39,180 bases of DNA from Candidatus Hadarchaeum sp. (GTDB lineage: Archaea; Hadarchaeota; Hadarchaeia; Hadarchaeales; Hadarchaeaceae): the NCBI RefSeq assembly GCF_049969415.1, contig NZ_JBMFOX010000012.1:1-39180 (forward strand), in the 5' to 3' direction. Below are positions 27,895-36,731 of the stretch, one piece after another (position 1 is the first letter of the stretch; every line of letters begins with the position of its first letter). A model generated the notes under the pieces. The model was not told the DNA's origin. It saw only the letters and a program-made list of their open reading frames with translations, and ran no database searches. Position numbers and translations under genes: made by a program.

Positions 27895-28350
27895 GTGGTA
27901 GCGCAGCAAGTGATAACTATCAGGGAAGTCAAGGCTGAGGATCTTAAATCGGTCATGTCAATCCAGTACAAGTGCTTTAAGGACCCCTATCCGCTCAGCC
28001 TGATAAGGCGGCTGCACATCATGCACCCTGATGGTTTCATCGTCGCCGATGTCGGCGGAATTGTCGCTGGCTACCTGATCGGGGTCATCCGTTGGAGCAA
28101 CATAGGCCACGTCCTCGCCATCGCGGTTGAACCGGCCTTTCAACGGCAGCGGCTGGGTACCCTACTGATGAACTACATCATCGATCTTTTCAGAAAAAAA
28201 GGAGTGAAATTGGTCCGGCTTGAGGTCAGGAAGAGCAACTTGGGGGCCCAGCAGTTCTATAAAAAACTGGGCTTTTTGGAAAGAGGAGAAATGCCCTTTT
28301 ACTACGAGGACGGCGAGTCAGCTATTGCAATGGAGCTGCCCCTGGAGTAG
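27895..28350 (+). CDS. rimI: RimI/Ard1-type N-terminal acetyltransferase (GNAT)
   Basis: GHVLAIAV.P.FQRQRLG, LEVRKSN..AQQFYKKLGF, YYEDGESA. GTG start after GGTGAGG. Confidence 0.88.
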   Translation: MVAQQVITIREVKAEDLKSVMSIQYKCFKDPYPLSLIRRLHIMHPDGFIVADVGGIVAGYLIGVIRWSNIGHVLAIAVEPAFQRQRLGTLLMNYIIDLFRKKGVKLVRLEVRKSNLGAQQFYKKLGFLERGEMPFYYEDGESAIAMELPLE

Positions 28351-29514
28351 CTATCGTTGATGTTTGGATCTGCGGAGGTCATCCAGCGTCAGCACCCGCA
28401 GGTTGGGAGGAACAGATTCCACCCTTGACCTCATCCCGACGATGTACTGAACTCCCTTTTCGGCAGCCAGTTCGGCGAGTTCTTGGGTTATTACACCATC
28501 AAATATTACCGCCTTCACATTTTGCGCTTGAGAGAGACGCTCCTTCAGCTCCCTCACTTGGATTTCCTCAATCAGCTCAAGTTTTTCGTTAAGCAGTTGG
28601 GCTTTGAGGGTGCCGCGCAACTTGTTGGTCATGTTTTCAAGCCCATGCAGTTCACTGTTCCCTGTTTCAGCCGGTTGAGCCACCGCTGGTTTTGCCCGGT
28701 ATTCAGCGGCCGCGAACTCCACGGGGACCTTGTTTCTGAGTGCCTTGATTATCTCCTTTTTGGATAGCTCCTCCACGCTTCTGCCCGGAGGAGGCCGGGC
28801 AACGAAGTCTATCTCAGCCACCTGGAGCAGTTCCTTCAGGATCAGGTCGCCGCCACGGTCGCTGTCAACAAATGCAGTGACGGTTTTGTCCTTGGTTAGC
28901 TCTATCACCGCCTTGGGCACGCTGGTGCCTTCTATGGCAATGGCGTTTCTGATTCCCGCTCTTAGCAGGTTGAGAACGTCGGCACGCCCTTCGACGATTA
29001 TTATGGCATCAGAGTCCTTGACACCCGGTCCCGCAGGTAGCCCCTCGTATTCAGATATCTCCTCGACGCGTACGGATTCCATCACCTTCTCCGTTATCTC
29101 TTGGGTCTCAGTGGCAACTTCCTCAAAAGCTCCGAGAAGCTCCTTGGCCCTCTCGACCACGAACTTTCTCTTGATGTCCCTGACGTCTTCGATGCGTTCC
29201 ACCTTGATGGTCGCTTCACAGGGTCCAACGCGGTCAATTGTTTCCAGAGAGGCGGCAATGATGGCGGTTTCCACCTTGTCCAAGCTTGATGGGATGGTTA
29301 TGGTGCCGGTCGACTTTCCTTGGCTCGAGTTAATTTCTACCTTAATCCTCCCGATTCTGCCGCTCTTTAGCAGCTCCCTCAGATCTAGGTCGTTTCCGAG
29401 CAGACCCTCCGTTTGCCCAAATATGGCGCCGACGACATCCGGGCGCTCGACCACGCCGTTAGCTTCTATTTTGGCGTGGATAAGATACTTGGTCGTACCA
29501 CTATCATCACGCAT
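28351..29514 (-). CDS. dnaG: Archaeal DnaG-type primase / exosome-associated protein
   Basis: GVVERPDVVGAIFGQTEGLLG, ETIDRVGPC, Toprim VEGRADV..DSDRGG, FDGVITQ. ATG 29514 follows AGGAG; TTG 29583 is an alternative start. Confidence 0.94.
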   Translation of the reverse strand: MRDDSGTTKYLIHAKIEANGVVERPDVVGAIFGQTEGLLGNDLDLRELLKSGRIGRIKVEINSSQGKSTGTITIPSSLDKVETAIIAASLETIDRVGPCEATIKVERIEDVRDIKRKFVVERAKELLGAFEEVATETQEITEKVMESVRVEEISEYEGLPAGPGVKDSDAIIIVEGRADVLNLLRAGIRNAIAIEGTSVPKAVIELTKDKTVTAFVDSDRGGDLILKELLQVAEIDFVARPPPGRSVEELSKKEIIKALRNKVPVEFAAAEYRAKPAVAQPAETGNSELHGLENMTNKLRGTLKAQLLNEKLELIEEIQVRELKERLSQAQNVKAVIFDGVITQELAELAAEKGVQYIVGMRSRVESVPPNLRVLTLDDLRRSKHQR

Positions 29515-29701
29515 ATTTGAACTCTCCTTCTTGCCGAGCTTTTCGGCCACTAAATCCTGCAAACTTTTTTCTTCCACGGGCAACAGCCCTCAATGGGCCA
29601 GAATTAGCTTGATAGTGATTCTGGCTTGATTTGATGATAATAAAAATATACTTCTTTATCTTAAAAAGCTGACGCTTGAACTCTCGATGGTTGGCTGGGC
29701 C

Positions 29702-30172
29702 TTAAAACCCGGTTATCCCCTGAATGTAGAGGATCCCCAGCGTTGCCAGCAACATTATCACGCTTGCCAGACATACCCCAATGGCAATTGCCAAGGAAGA
29801 GATCTTTCGGTCAAAGCCGGCAATATAGGCAATGAGGGCACCGCTGTAGGCACCTGTTCCCGGAAATGGGATACCCACGAAGAGGGCCAAACCTATCAGG
29901 CTCAAACTTTGATACTTCTTTGCCCGTTTGACCGATATCCGGAACAGCTTATCGATCAACTTTGATCTCATCCGGATCGGTGGCACAATTGTGTCGAGCA
30001 GGAGATAGGCTAACGGTATGGCGATGAGGTTGAGAACAACGCAGATGGCAAATATCATGGGTAGCGGCAGGTCGGGATTGTAGACGGCAGCGAGGGGCAG
30101 CGAAAAGCGTACCTCCAAAAAGGGCACCAGCGAGAGGAGAAAGGAAAGCCATTCCATCATTTCGAGACCCAA
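29702..30172 (-). CDS. Small multi-drug export family membrane protein (COG2426-like)
   Basis: SLVPFLEVRFSLP, GLALFVGIPFPGTGAYSGAL. About 4 TM segments. Confidence 0.85.
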   Translation of the reverse strand: MGLEMMEWLSFLLSLVPFLEVRFSLPLAAVYNPDLPLPMIFAICVVLNLIAIPLAYLLLDTIVPPIRMRSKLIDKLFRISVKRAKKYQSLSLIGLALFVGIPFPGTGAYSGALIAYIAGFDRKISSLAIAIGVCLASVIMLLATLGILYIQGITGF

Positions 30173-30266
30173 ATTCTCTCAGGCCCGGAGAATAAATCTC
30201 TTGAGAAAACGCGGGAAAAGGCATTCCAAGCTTATTATCGCTTCAGCTGAATCTATTCTGATTGGC

Positions 30267-30905
30267 ATGCGCTACAAACTTGTGGCTTTTGACATGGATG
30301 GGACTCTTATCTTGGAGGAGAGTTGCTGGGGCATGATTCACCAGAGGTTCGGCACCAGAACGGATGCGCTTAGAAATCTGATGGCGTATGAGTCAGGCCA
30401 GATTGATTACAAGGAGTTCATGCGCCGCGACATTGCGCTGTGGCGGCCAGTCCCCACCATCGAGGATATTAAGAAAATTTTGTCCAATTATACTCTAGCC
30501 CCCAACGTTAAAATGGTGGTCGAGGAGATCATTCGCCGAGGTTTTCAGACGGCAATCATCACCGGAGGCCTCGACGTTTTGGCGAGCAACGTCGCCCGAG
30601 AACTTGGCATCCCCCACGTGATTGCGAACGGGCTTGAGGTGGATGAGTCGGGTTATCTGGCTGGGGAGGGCATTCTCAGAGTTGAACCGCGGCAGAAGGA
30701 CAGGAATTTGGTTCGATTGGCAGAAGATTTGGGAGTTTCGCTCGAGGAATGCGTGGCGGTCGGTGATGGCAAATATGATGTTAATTTTTTGAAAAAGGCC
30801 GGTCTGGCGGTTGCTGTTGGAAATAACCCTGAGTTGGTCCGGGTTGCTGATGTGGTCATAGAAAGTTTTGATCACTTCCCCAGGCTGTTGGATTATCTGG
30901 GCTGA
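30267..30905 (+). CDS. HAD-IB family phosphatase (phosphoserine phosphatase-like)
   Basis: LVAFDMDGTL, AIITGG, ANGL, K, AVGDGKYD. Confidence 0.88.
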   Translation: MRYKLVAFDMDGTLILEESCWGMIHQRFGTRTDALRNLMAYESGQIDYKEFMRRDIALWRPVPTIEDIKKILSNYTLAPNVKMVVEEIIRRGFQTAIITGGLDVLASNVARELGIPHVIANGLEVDESGYLAGEGILRVEPRQKDRNLVRLAEDLGVSLEECVAVGDGKYDVNFLKKAGLAVAVGNNPELVRVADVVIESFDHFPRLLDYLG

Positions 30906-30957
30906 ATCCAGTGCAGCTTAAACACCTTTGGGAGAAAAGCGATAGTGGGACGTTTGT

Positions 30958-31566
30958 ATGAAAGATGTCCAGAGGCCGGTAAAATACGAAGTTCCGAGCT
31001 GGGAATACATCCATGAGCTCTGCGTAAAATTGGCCGAACAGGTGGAGAGAAGCAATTATAACCCCGATTTGATTGTCGCCGTTTCACGCGGCGGGTGGAT
31101 TCCGGGCAGGTTGATTTTGGATTTTTTGGGAGGACCGGATATCGCCACGATTAAGGTGGAACATTATGTGGACTTCTATAAAACTAGGGATAGACCGGAG
31201 ATAACTCAACCGCTTGCCGTGGACGTTAGGGGGAAGAAGCTACTGCTCGTTGACGACATCGTGGATACGGGCAGAAGCCTGAAGGTGGCTGTTGAGCACC
31301 TCAAGGATCGAGGGGCGAAGGAAATTAAAATTTGCGCGCTCTACCTCAAGCCATGGTCTGAAGTCATCCCCGATTTTTACGCCCGCGTGACCGATGCTTG
31401 GGTGTGTTTTCCTCACGAGACATACGAATCGATTAATCGAATGTACACCCAATTGCGAAGCGGGGGCAAGGGCAGCGAGGAGATAGTAAGAGCTTTATTG
31501 GAAATGGGCATCAGGCCTTTCCATATAGAGAAGTACTTGGCGAAAAAAGATCGGAAAAAAGAATAG
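30958..31566 (+). CDS. Purine-type phosphoribosyltransferase
   Basis: IVAVSRGGWIPG, PRPP loop LLVDDIVDTGRS, PDFY, WVCFPHE. Confidence 0.88.
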   Translation: MKDVQRPVKYEVPSWEYIHELCVKLAEQVERSNYNPDLIVAVSRGGWIPGRLILDFLGGPDIATIKVEHYVDFYKTRDRPEITQPLAVDVRGKKLLLVDDIVDTGRSLKVAVEHLKDRGAKEIKICALYLKPWSEVIPDFYARVTDAWVCFPHETYESINRMYTQLRSGGKGSEEIVRALLEMGIRPFHIEKYLAKKDRKKE

Positions 31567-31569
31567 CCT

Positions 31570-31959
31570 CTATCTTTCCCTTTCCTTTTGCAGGAACTTG
31601 GCCAACCCCTCCACGTCCTTCACGTTTCTGCGTACCAGCGGTTTCAGCCTCTCCCGGAATTCGGTTATCGGCTCGATGCCCAGCCTTTTAGCGTGTTTGT
31701 TGATAAATTTTGCCAGTTCTTCTCCCGTCCGGTCGAAGTCGGTTAATATCACTATTTCCCTAGACCCTGAAAGACGTTCAACGAAGTTCAGCAGGGAATT
31801 TCCGCTTGATATTCTGCAGAAACGGCCACTTACCCCCAACGTTTTCAGCGCCTTTTCGTCCTCTCTTCCCTCGACGACAATCGGTACACCGTCTGAGGCC
31901 AGCTTGTTTAACTCAATGAGCAGCTCGTTAATCTGTTCAAGAGTTTCCTCGGTTAACAC
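31570..31959 (-). CDS. Stand-alone Toprim-domain protein (RNase M5-like)
   Basis: IVVEGREDEKAL, IVILTDFDRTGEEL, KDVEGL. Confidence 0.87.
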   Translation of the reverse strand: MLTEETLEQINELLIELNKLASDGVPIVVEGREDEKALKTLGVSGRFCRISSGNSLLNFVERLSGSREIVILTDFDRTGEELAKFINKHAKRLGIEPITEFRERLKPLVRRNVKDVEGLAKFLQKERER

Positions 31960-31970
31960 GCCGATCCCTT

Positions 31971-32141
31971 TTATTCAGGACCTTTATCGCTGACCCAGAG
32001 ACCCTTTCGCAGACATCTGGTGCAGACGCCGATATCGCTGACAAAGTCGCGGGAGCAAACAGTGGCCCCACATATGCCGCAGCGGTGCATGTCGTAGCTG
32101 GTTCTTCCGCATATCGCGCAGGTGCCGGCTATTCTTCCCAT
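31971..32141 (-). CDS. Small Cys-rich zinc-finger protein (56 aa; absent from the ORF track)
   Basis: Translated by hand: MGRIAGTCAICGRTSYDMHRCGICGATVCSRDFVSDIGVCTRCLRKGLWVSDKGPE (CxxC, CxxC, CxxD, CxxC). Lies 11 nt upstream of the Toprim gene. Confidence 0.75.
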   Translation of the reverse strand: MGRIAGTCAICGRTSYDMHRCGICGATVCSRDFVSDIGVCTRCLRKGLWVSDKGPE

Positions 32142-32316
32142 GGTCCATCCGATAAACCTTCAAATAACTGAAATTAAAAGTTTGCATCCCCCTTTTGTCG
32201 ACTTCATTTATCCCAAACCGAGTTTCAAGTCGGAGTCATTTTTGCTTTGGCGCCGTTTAGCGAAAACTCAAAGTTGTTTAAGACGTTTCCGCAATCGATA
32301 ATCTTTGGAGCAGTAA

Positions 32317-33276
32317 TCACGTTTCTATATGATCGTTTGCATTCAGCGTGGCCCCGAATTTTTCCACCACTTTTTGAGCCACCCCAGCCCCGATTAGCCC
32401 GGCTTCTTTAAGGGACTTGCCCCTGCTAAGGCCGAATAAGACCCCGGCCGCGTAGAAGTCGCCGGCGCCCGTGGTGTCCACGACGTTGGCGGGAAAAGCC
32501 GGGATATGGAATTCTTCCCCCTTGGTGAATATCGATGAGCCATTTTTCCCCTTTTTTAGACAAACGATGTCTACCCTTTCAGCGAGTTCTCTGGCAGCTT
32601 TTTCATCGCTAGATCCCGTCAGTGCCGTGAGCTCTTCCTCATTGGTGAACAACACATCGGCGTGACTGACTATTTTCCAAATTCGCTCTTTCTTTTCTTC
32701 TACCAGCGGCGGGCTCTCGAGCGAGATTGCTATGCGAATCCCATTTCCTTCAGCCACATCCATGGCGTCCCGAGCACTTCTGGCCACAGCGCCATCGGTG
32801 AAAAGGGTGATTGAAGTTAGGTAAAGAAAACTTGAATTTTTTATCCCGTGGGCAGGCAATCCGGAGTAGTCTTTACCGTTGCCCAGATCCACGGCAAAGG
32901 TCCTCTGACCATCGCGCGTGATGAGCGCAATGATTTTTCCGGTTCGTCCCGGCCCTTTCTCGAGGAAAGAAGTTATGCCGTGCCTCCGGAGCGATTCTTC
33001 GAAGATCCTGCCTTCTTCATCATCCGCAATTCTTCCAGCATAGGCGGCCTTGCCACCGAGGTAGACCACACCCTCACAGGTGTTGCGGGCGTTGTCCCCG
33101 GGAAAACGGGCGAATATTGAGTCGGCTAGCCGCGATTGAATCTTTTCCAGCTTTTCTCTAGAGACAAAATTGGAGGCCCCTTTGATCAAGCCATTTTTTT
33201 CCAAGAAACCGTCAGTAGTTCTACAGAAGTAGTCCACTAGCGCTGTGCCGATTCCAAAGACATCGTACTTAGGCAT
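32317..33276 (-). CDS. PfkB-family carbohydrate/nucleoside kinase (adenosine-kinase-like)
   Basis: GIGTALVD, DGQRTF, FTNEEE, KKGKNGS, VVDTTGAGDFYAAG. Confidence 0.9.
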   Translation of the reverse strand: MPKYDVFGIGTALVDYFCRTTDGFLEKNGLIKGASNFVSREKLEKIQSRLADSIFARFPGDNARNTCEGVVYLGGKAAYAGRIADDEEGRIFEESLRRHGITSFLEKGPGRTGKIIALITRDGQRTFAVDLGNGKDYSGLPAHGIKNSSFLYLTSITLFTDGAVARSARDAMDVAEGNGIRIAISLESPPLVEEKKERIWKIVSHADVLFTNEEELTALTGSSDEKAARELAERVDIVCLKKGKNGSSIFTKGEEFHIPAFPANVVDTTGAGDFYAAGVLFGLSRGKSLKEAGLIGAGVAQKVVEKFGATLNANDHIET

Positions 33277-33286
33277 AGGTCCTCTC

Positions 33287-33796
33287 CTAGTAGGGCCGGT
33301 CCTTCAGCTTGAGCTTATGCCCGATGAAATTGGTCGCCAGATGTATCGGCGGTGTGATTATCAGGATAGTCAGGACCACCTCCCAAGTCGGAACCAACAC
33401 CGGACTGGCGAACACCAGCGCTAGGACCACGAAGCCGAGCTGGTCCAAGATGGGGGCGGGGGAGCCACGCTTCAGGTTGGCCCTCCTTTTGATGAAGCTC
33501 CCCAGAAGGTCCCCCATGAGGGCGCCTAAGGCGAGCAGAAACCCGAGCGCTGAGTAGAGGCTAAGCTGACCCGTTGCTAAACCCTGCAGAATACCGAGGA
33601 TGAACCCTGCGGCGATACCGGAGATGAAGCCGCGTATGGTTTTGCCCGGCCCGAAAATGGGGCGCCCGTCGATGAAGAGGCGACCTCCATCAATCGGTCT
33701 TCCCCCGCCGAGGACGACGGGCGTGGCATTGGCAACGTAGGCCGGCAGGATAAACCAAACCGCTGCAGCCAAAAGTTGAATCGGATCACCGTACAA
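33287..33796 (-). CDS. carS: CDP-archaeol synthase
   Basis: LPAYVANATPV..GGGRPIDGG, GPGKTIRG, GDLLGSFIKRR, PILDQL, HLATN, KDRPY. Confidence 0.92.
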   Translation of the reverse strand: MYGDPIQLLAAAVWFILPAYVANATPVVLGGGRPIDGGRLFIDGRPIFGPGKTIRGFISGIAAGFILGILQGLATGQLSLYSALGFLLALGALMGDLLGSFIKRRANLKRGSPAPILDQLGFVVLALVFASPVLVPTWEVVLTILIITPPIHLATNFIGHKLKLKDRPY

Positions 33797-33964
33797 GTCG
33801 AATCACCAATGTACGCCAATATTTACTCTTCCAAGGAGTATATTAAAAAAGCGAAGACAAAAAATGAAAACAACAGGTAGCAGCGTCGCTTGTCTTATTG
33901 GTGCTCTTAAATTTTTGACTGATATAAACCTTCGTAATATTAACAGTCCTGTGCAAGATGTTCC

Positions 33965-34372
33965 AGCTGCGAAGATTCACCAGAGTTTAAAAAGGTATTA
34001 AGGGCTCGGCGGGTTTATCCATCACGGCCAACCATTTTTTGAGGCGATAAATTTGGCCGTGGACCACCTCTCAGAGATAATGGGGGGAAAGCTATCGTTT
34101 GTCTCACAAAAACAGGTAAAAGTGTAAAGGCGTTCTCAGGTTCTAGGCACCTCCTTCCAATTATCGCGATCGCAGAAAATGAAAGGGTTGCGAAGAGCAT
34201 GATCCCGTTCTGGTGTGTTGTTGTTGAAATCGTGGAAGGAATGAAAGATTTTGCTTCTGTTTTAGAACGACTTGTTGAAAAGAATTTTTAAAAAAGAGGA
34301 GATTTGGTAATTTTCACCAGCGATATAAAAGAAGAGCCTCTAAATGCTGTTATTCGGGTGATGGAAGTCTAA
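33965..34372 (+). pseudogene. Degraded pyruvate kinase C-terminal (PK_C) fragment
   Basis: Hand translation: EAINLAVDHLSEIMG/KAIVCLTKTGKSVKAFSGSRHLLPIIAIAENERVAKSMIPFWCV...LVEKNF*KRGDLVIFTS...IRVMEV*. Frameshifts in the T6 run (34035-34040) and G6 run (34082-34087), internal TAA at 34289. No barrel domain upstream. Confidence 0.7.
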
Positions 34373-34753
34373 CCTGCGCCAACCTTTTGTAGTCAACGTA
34401 AATGATCAATTTTCAAACCTCAGTTGCCCCTCCGAGAGGGTGAAAAGCCCAAATTCATAAACACTTAGCGGAATGCTGTAAATGCATTCTGACTTTCCAA
34501 AGATATTTATTCAAGTTGTCATTGCCAGTATCTCTAAAGCCACCGACTAAAGATCCAAATTTCTATGTTTCAAGCCATTTTGACGCGTTTTATCGCATTT
34601 TTCTAAACAGGCTAACCATCAGAAACTGGCGAAAACGGGGCCCTGCTAAAACGCTCTGTAAACGGCGGGTATTTTGCCAAATAGATGCACTTTGGGAGCG
34701 GCTCAGCTTTATAGGTGCCATTGCCAGCGTTTTTAATTTTCGGTTATTTTGAT

Positions 34754-36109
34754 TCAGGCCCACAGTGTAAGTTCCGCAATAAAAGCTAGACACGTCACGA
34801 TTATTACGATAGGCATAACGAGCAAGCCGTATTTTGAAAATTGTGAAAAAGAGATCGTCACCCCCTTAGCGGCGAGAATGTTTATCCACATAATCCCCGC
34901 TAGGGCGCCGATTAGTGTGAAGTTTGCTCCGAAGTTGGCGCCTGAAATCAAGGCCAAGGTCGCACCCAGTCTTGAAGTATGAGAAACAGTAAAGGCGCTA
35001 CTTTGAAAAGTCTTGACAAAAAAGATAGACATTGGATGGTTATTCATAAATCCGGTTGCAAACCAAGACAGAAAGCAAACGCCGAAGACAGTAGCCATCA
35101 AGTTCCCCGTGATTTTCGAGAGCAGGGATGCAAAAAGATCGGTCCAACCGGTTGAGGCCAGTCCTTCGACTATGATGAAAAGTCCGGCGAGAAAAGGTGC
35201 TATTTTCCAGGGCATCCTCGTAACGATTTTTGAGATATTAGCACGATGAGTCAGGAGATCAAATAAAAACATTATTAGGGCAAAAAATAGGGCTATCATC
35301 CACAGGGGTATGCCCAAGGGCAGGCTCATAAATAGGATCATCAACCCCAACACGGTGGTACCGAATATTGCCCCGTTCCTGTCTTTCAGAGCGTGTTCTG
35401 GACTTATCTCACGTGTCCTGAATTCCCTTGAAACCCTACGCCTGAATATCAACCAAAGCAATAGCAGGCAAACAGCCGCGGCCGAGAAGGAGGGAATTAG
35501 CATCCACCTAGCAAACTCCTTAAAGGACAGTCCGTAGGCATCGGCTGCTATTATATTGGTTGGATTTCCTATGTAAAGCGCCATGCCCAAGATATTCACT
35601 GCGAAAAATTGCGAAATCAGAAATGGAATGGGATCCAGCCCGGCGTTTCTACTGATGTAAAAAATTATGAGGGTCATTGTTAGTATTACGATATCGTTGT
35701 CGGTGAAAAGGGTCAGAAAAGACGTGAGCAGAAATAGGTAGACAAAAAGCCTTTTGCCCGAGCCCTTTGAAGCTCTAGCAACGCGCAAAGAAACATACTC
35801 AAAAAAACCGGTAAAATCCAAAGACACGCAAATGTAAGAAAGGGACAGGATCATGATGATGATGGCGTAGGGCTTTACGCTGTCGGTCCCAAGGATGCCG
35901 CGCAGGATAGCCTCAATTCCTATTGACTGGGACAAAAACAGAAAACATGCGCCAAGCAGAGGCGCTAAGCCGTAGTCAACGTGTACGTACCTCCTTGTGA
36001 AGGGAATCCTCAAAATTGGATGCCTAAAAACTAGGAATATGGTTACAGCGAAGATCAATATTGATACAATTGAAACTGCATTGAGTGGTATCACATTGAG
36101 TAATATCAT
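34754..36109 (-). CDS. ArsB/NhaD (ion transporter superfamily) permease
   Basis: SLDFTGFFEY, FTDNDIVILT, YIGNPTNII, MPWKIAPF, MNNHPM, GANFTLIGALAGIMW. Many TM helices. Confidence 0.85.
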   Translation of the reverse strand: MILLNVIPLNAVSIVSILIFAVTIFLVFRHPILRIPFTRRYVHVDYGLAPLLGACFLFLSQSIGIEAILRGILGTDSVKPYAIIIMILSLSYICVSLDFTGFFEYVSLRVARASKGSGKRLFVYLFLLTSFLTLFTDNDIVILTMTLIIFYISRNAGLDPIPFLISQFFAVNILGMALYIGNPTNIIAADAYGLSFKEFARWMLIPSFSAAAVCLLLLWLIFRRRVSREFRTREISPEHALKDRNGAIFGTTVLGLMILFMSLPLGIPLWMIALFFALIMFLFDLLTHRANISKIVTRMPWKIAPFLAGLFIIVEGLASTGWTDLFASLLSKITGNLMATVFGVCFLSWFATGFMNNHPMSIFFVKTFQSSAFTVSHTSRLGATLALISGANFGANFTLIGALAGIMWINILAAKGVTISFSQFSKYGLLVMPIVIIVTCLAFIAELTLWA

Positions 36110-36137
36110 ATATTTTCACCAGCGCTGAGAAACACAT

Positions 36138-36548
36138 TTACACGATTTCTCCTGCTCTTCTGACAAGAACCACCGCGCTCGGCGCGTTTTTAACCAGGTA
36201 AGTGGAAACGTTTTCAGCTAGAACTCCAAGTAGCCGCTTACGCGGTATCGTGCCGGTCACGATGACATCGCATGAAATTTCTTTAGCAAACGAAATTATC
36301 GCCTTTCCAACGTCGGTGGATTCCAAGATTTCCATTTGGCTCTTAAGCCCAGCTTTTTTGAGAGATTCAAGAACCCAAGAGAACTTCTCCATGGCGTCTC
36401 TTCTCGTAAAATTTTTCAAAAGGTGCACCACGTGAAGCACGTACACCCTCGTATTTTTTGAACAAAGCTTGATCGCAACTTGAACTACTTCCTTAGGGGT
36501 GGCTTCGCTCACGCACAAGAGCATGCGTTTGTACACGGTAACACCCAC
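36138..36548 (-). CDS. Universal stress protein (USP)
   Basis: YKRMLLCV, VYVLHVV, AIISFAKEISCDVIVTG, NVSTYLVKNAPSAVVLVR. Confidence 0.85.
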   Translation of the reverse strand: MGVTVYKRMLLCVSEATPKEVVQVAIKLCSKNTRVYVLHVVHLLKNFTRRDAMEKFSWVLESLKKAGLKSQMEILESTDVGKAIISFAKEISCDVIVTGTIPRKRLLGVLAENVSTYLVKNAPSAVVLVRRAGEIV

Positions 36549-36731
36549 CTCTCTTCAACATTCAGCATTAAAATTCTTCTTCTGATGTTTTTACCTACAG
36601 GTCGTGAAGCGATTGTAAAGCAAAAGTTTCTCGCTCTCGATTTACCGCTTCTGTTATGGCCTGTTTGAAGAAGTTTACATGCTGTGCACCATTATTTATA
36701 TTTTTGTGGCATTTGAAATTTGGAGGATTGT

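Noticed and set aside
28730-29629. Long antisense ORFs (299 aa opposite dnaG; also 22398-23024, 9190-9702 and others)
   Set aside because: Shadow ORFs of well-conserved genes in GC-rich DNA, with no recognisable motifs.
29630-29672. C/D box sRNA (TGATGA ... CTGA)
   Set aside because: The interior is very AT-rich, has no C'/D' boxes, and coincides with the probable dnaG promoter on the other strand.
31984-32187. 67-aa minus-strand ORF from the track
   Set aside because: The overlapping frame 31971-32141 encodes a regular Cys-pair pattern and is the better gene call.
32200-32240. ORB-like TCCGACTTGAAAC on the minus strand
   Set aside because: Single copy, spacing off by one base, and far from cdc6.
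34080-34093. Programmed -1 frameshift at G GGA AAG in the pyruvate kinase fragment
   Set aside because: A second frameshift, an in-frame stop and the missing catalytic domain point to decay rather than recoding.
36549-36731. Fluoride riboswitch upstream of the USP or MFS gene
   Set aside because: The conserved GGCGATGG...GCTGATG core was not found on either strand.
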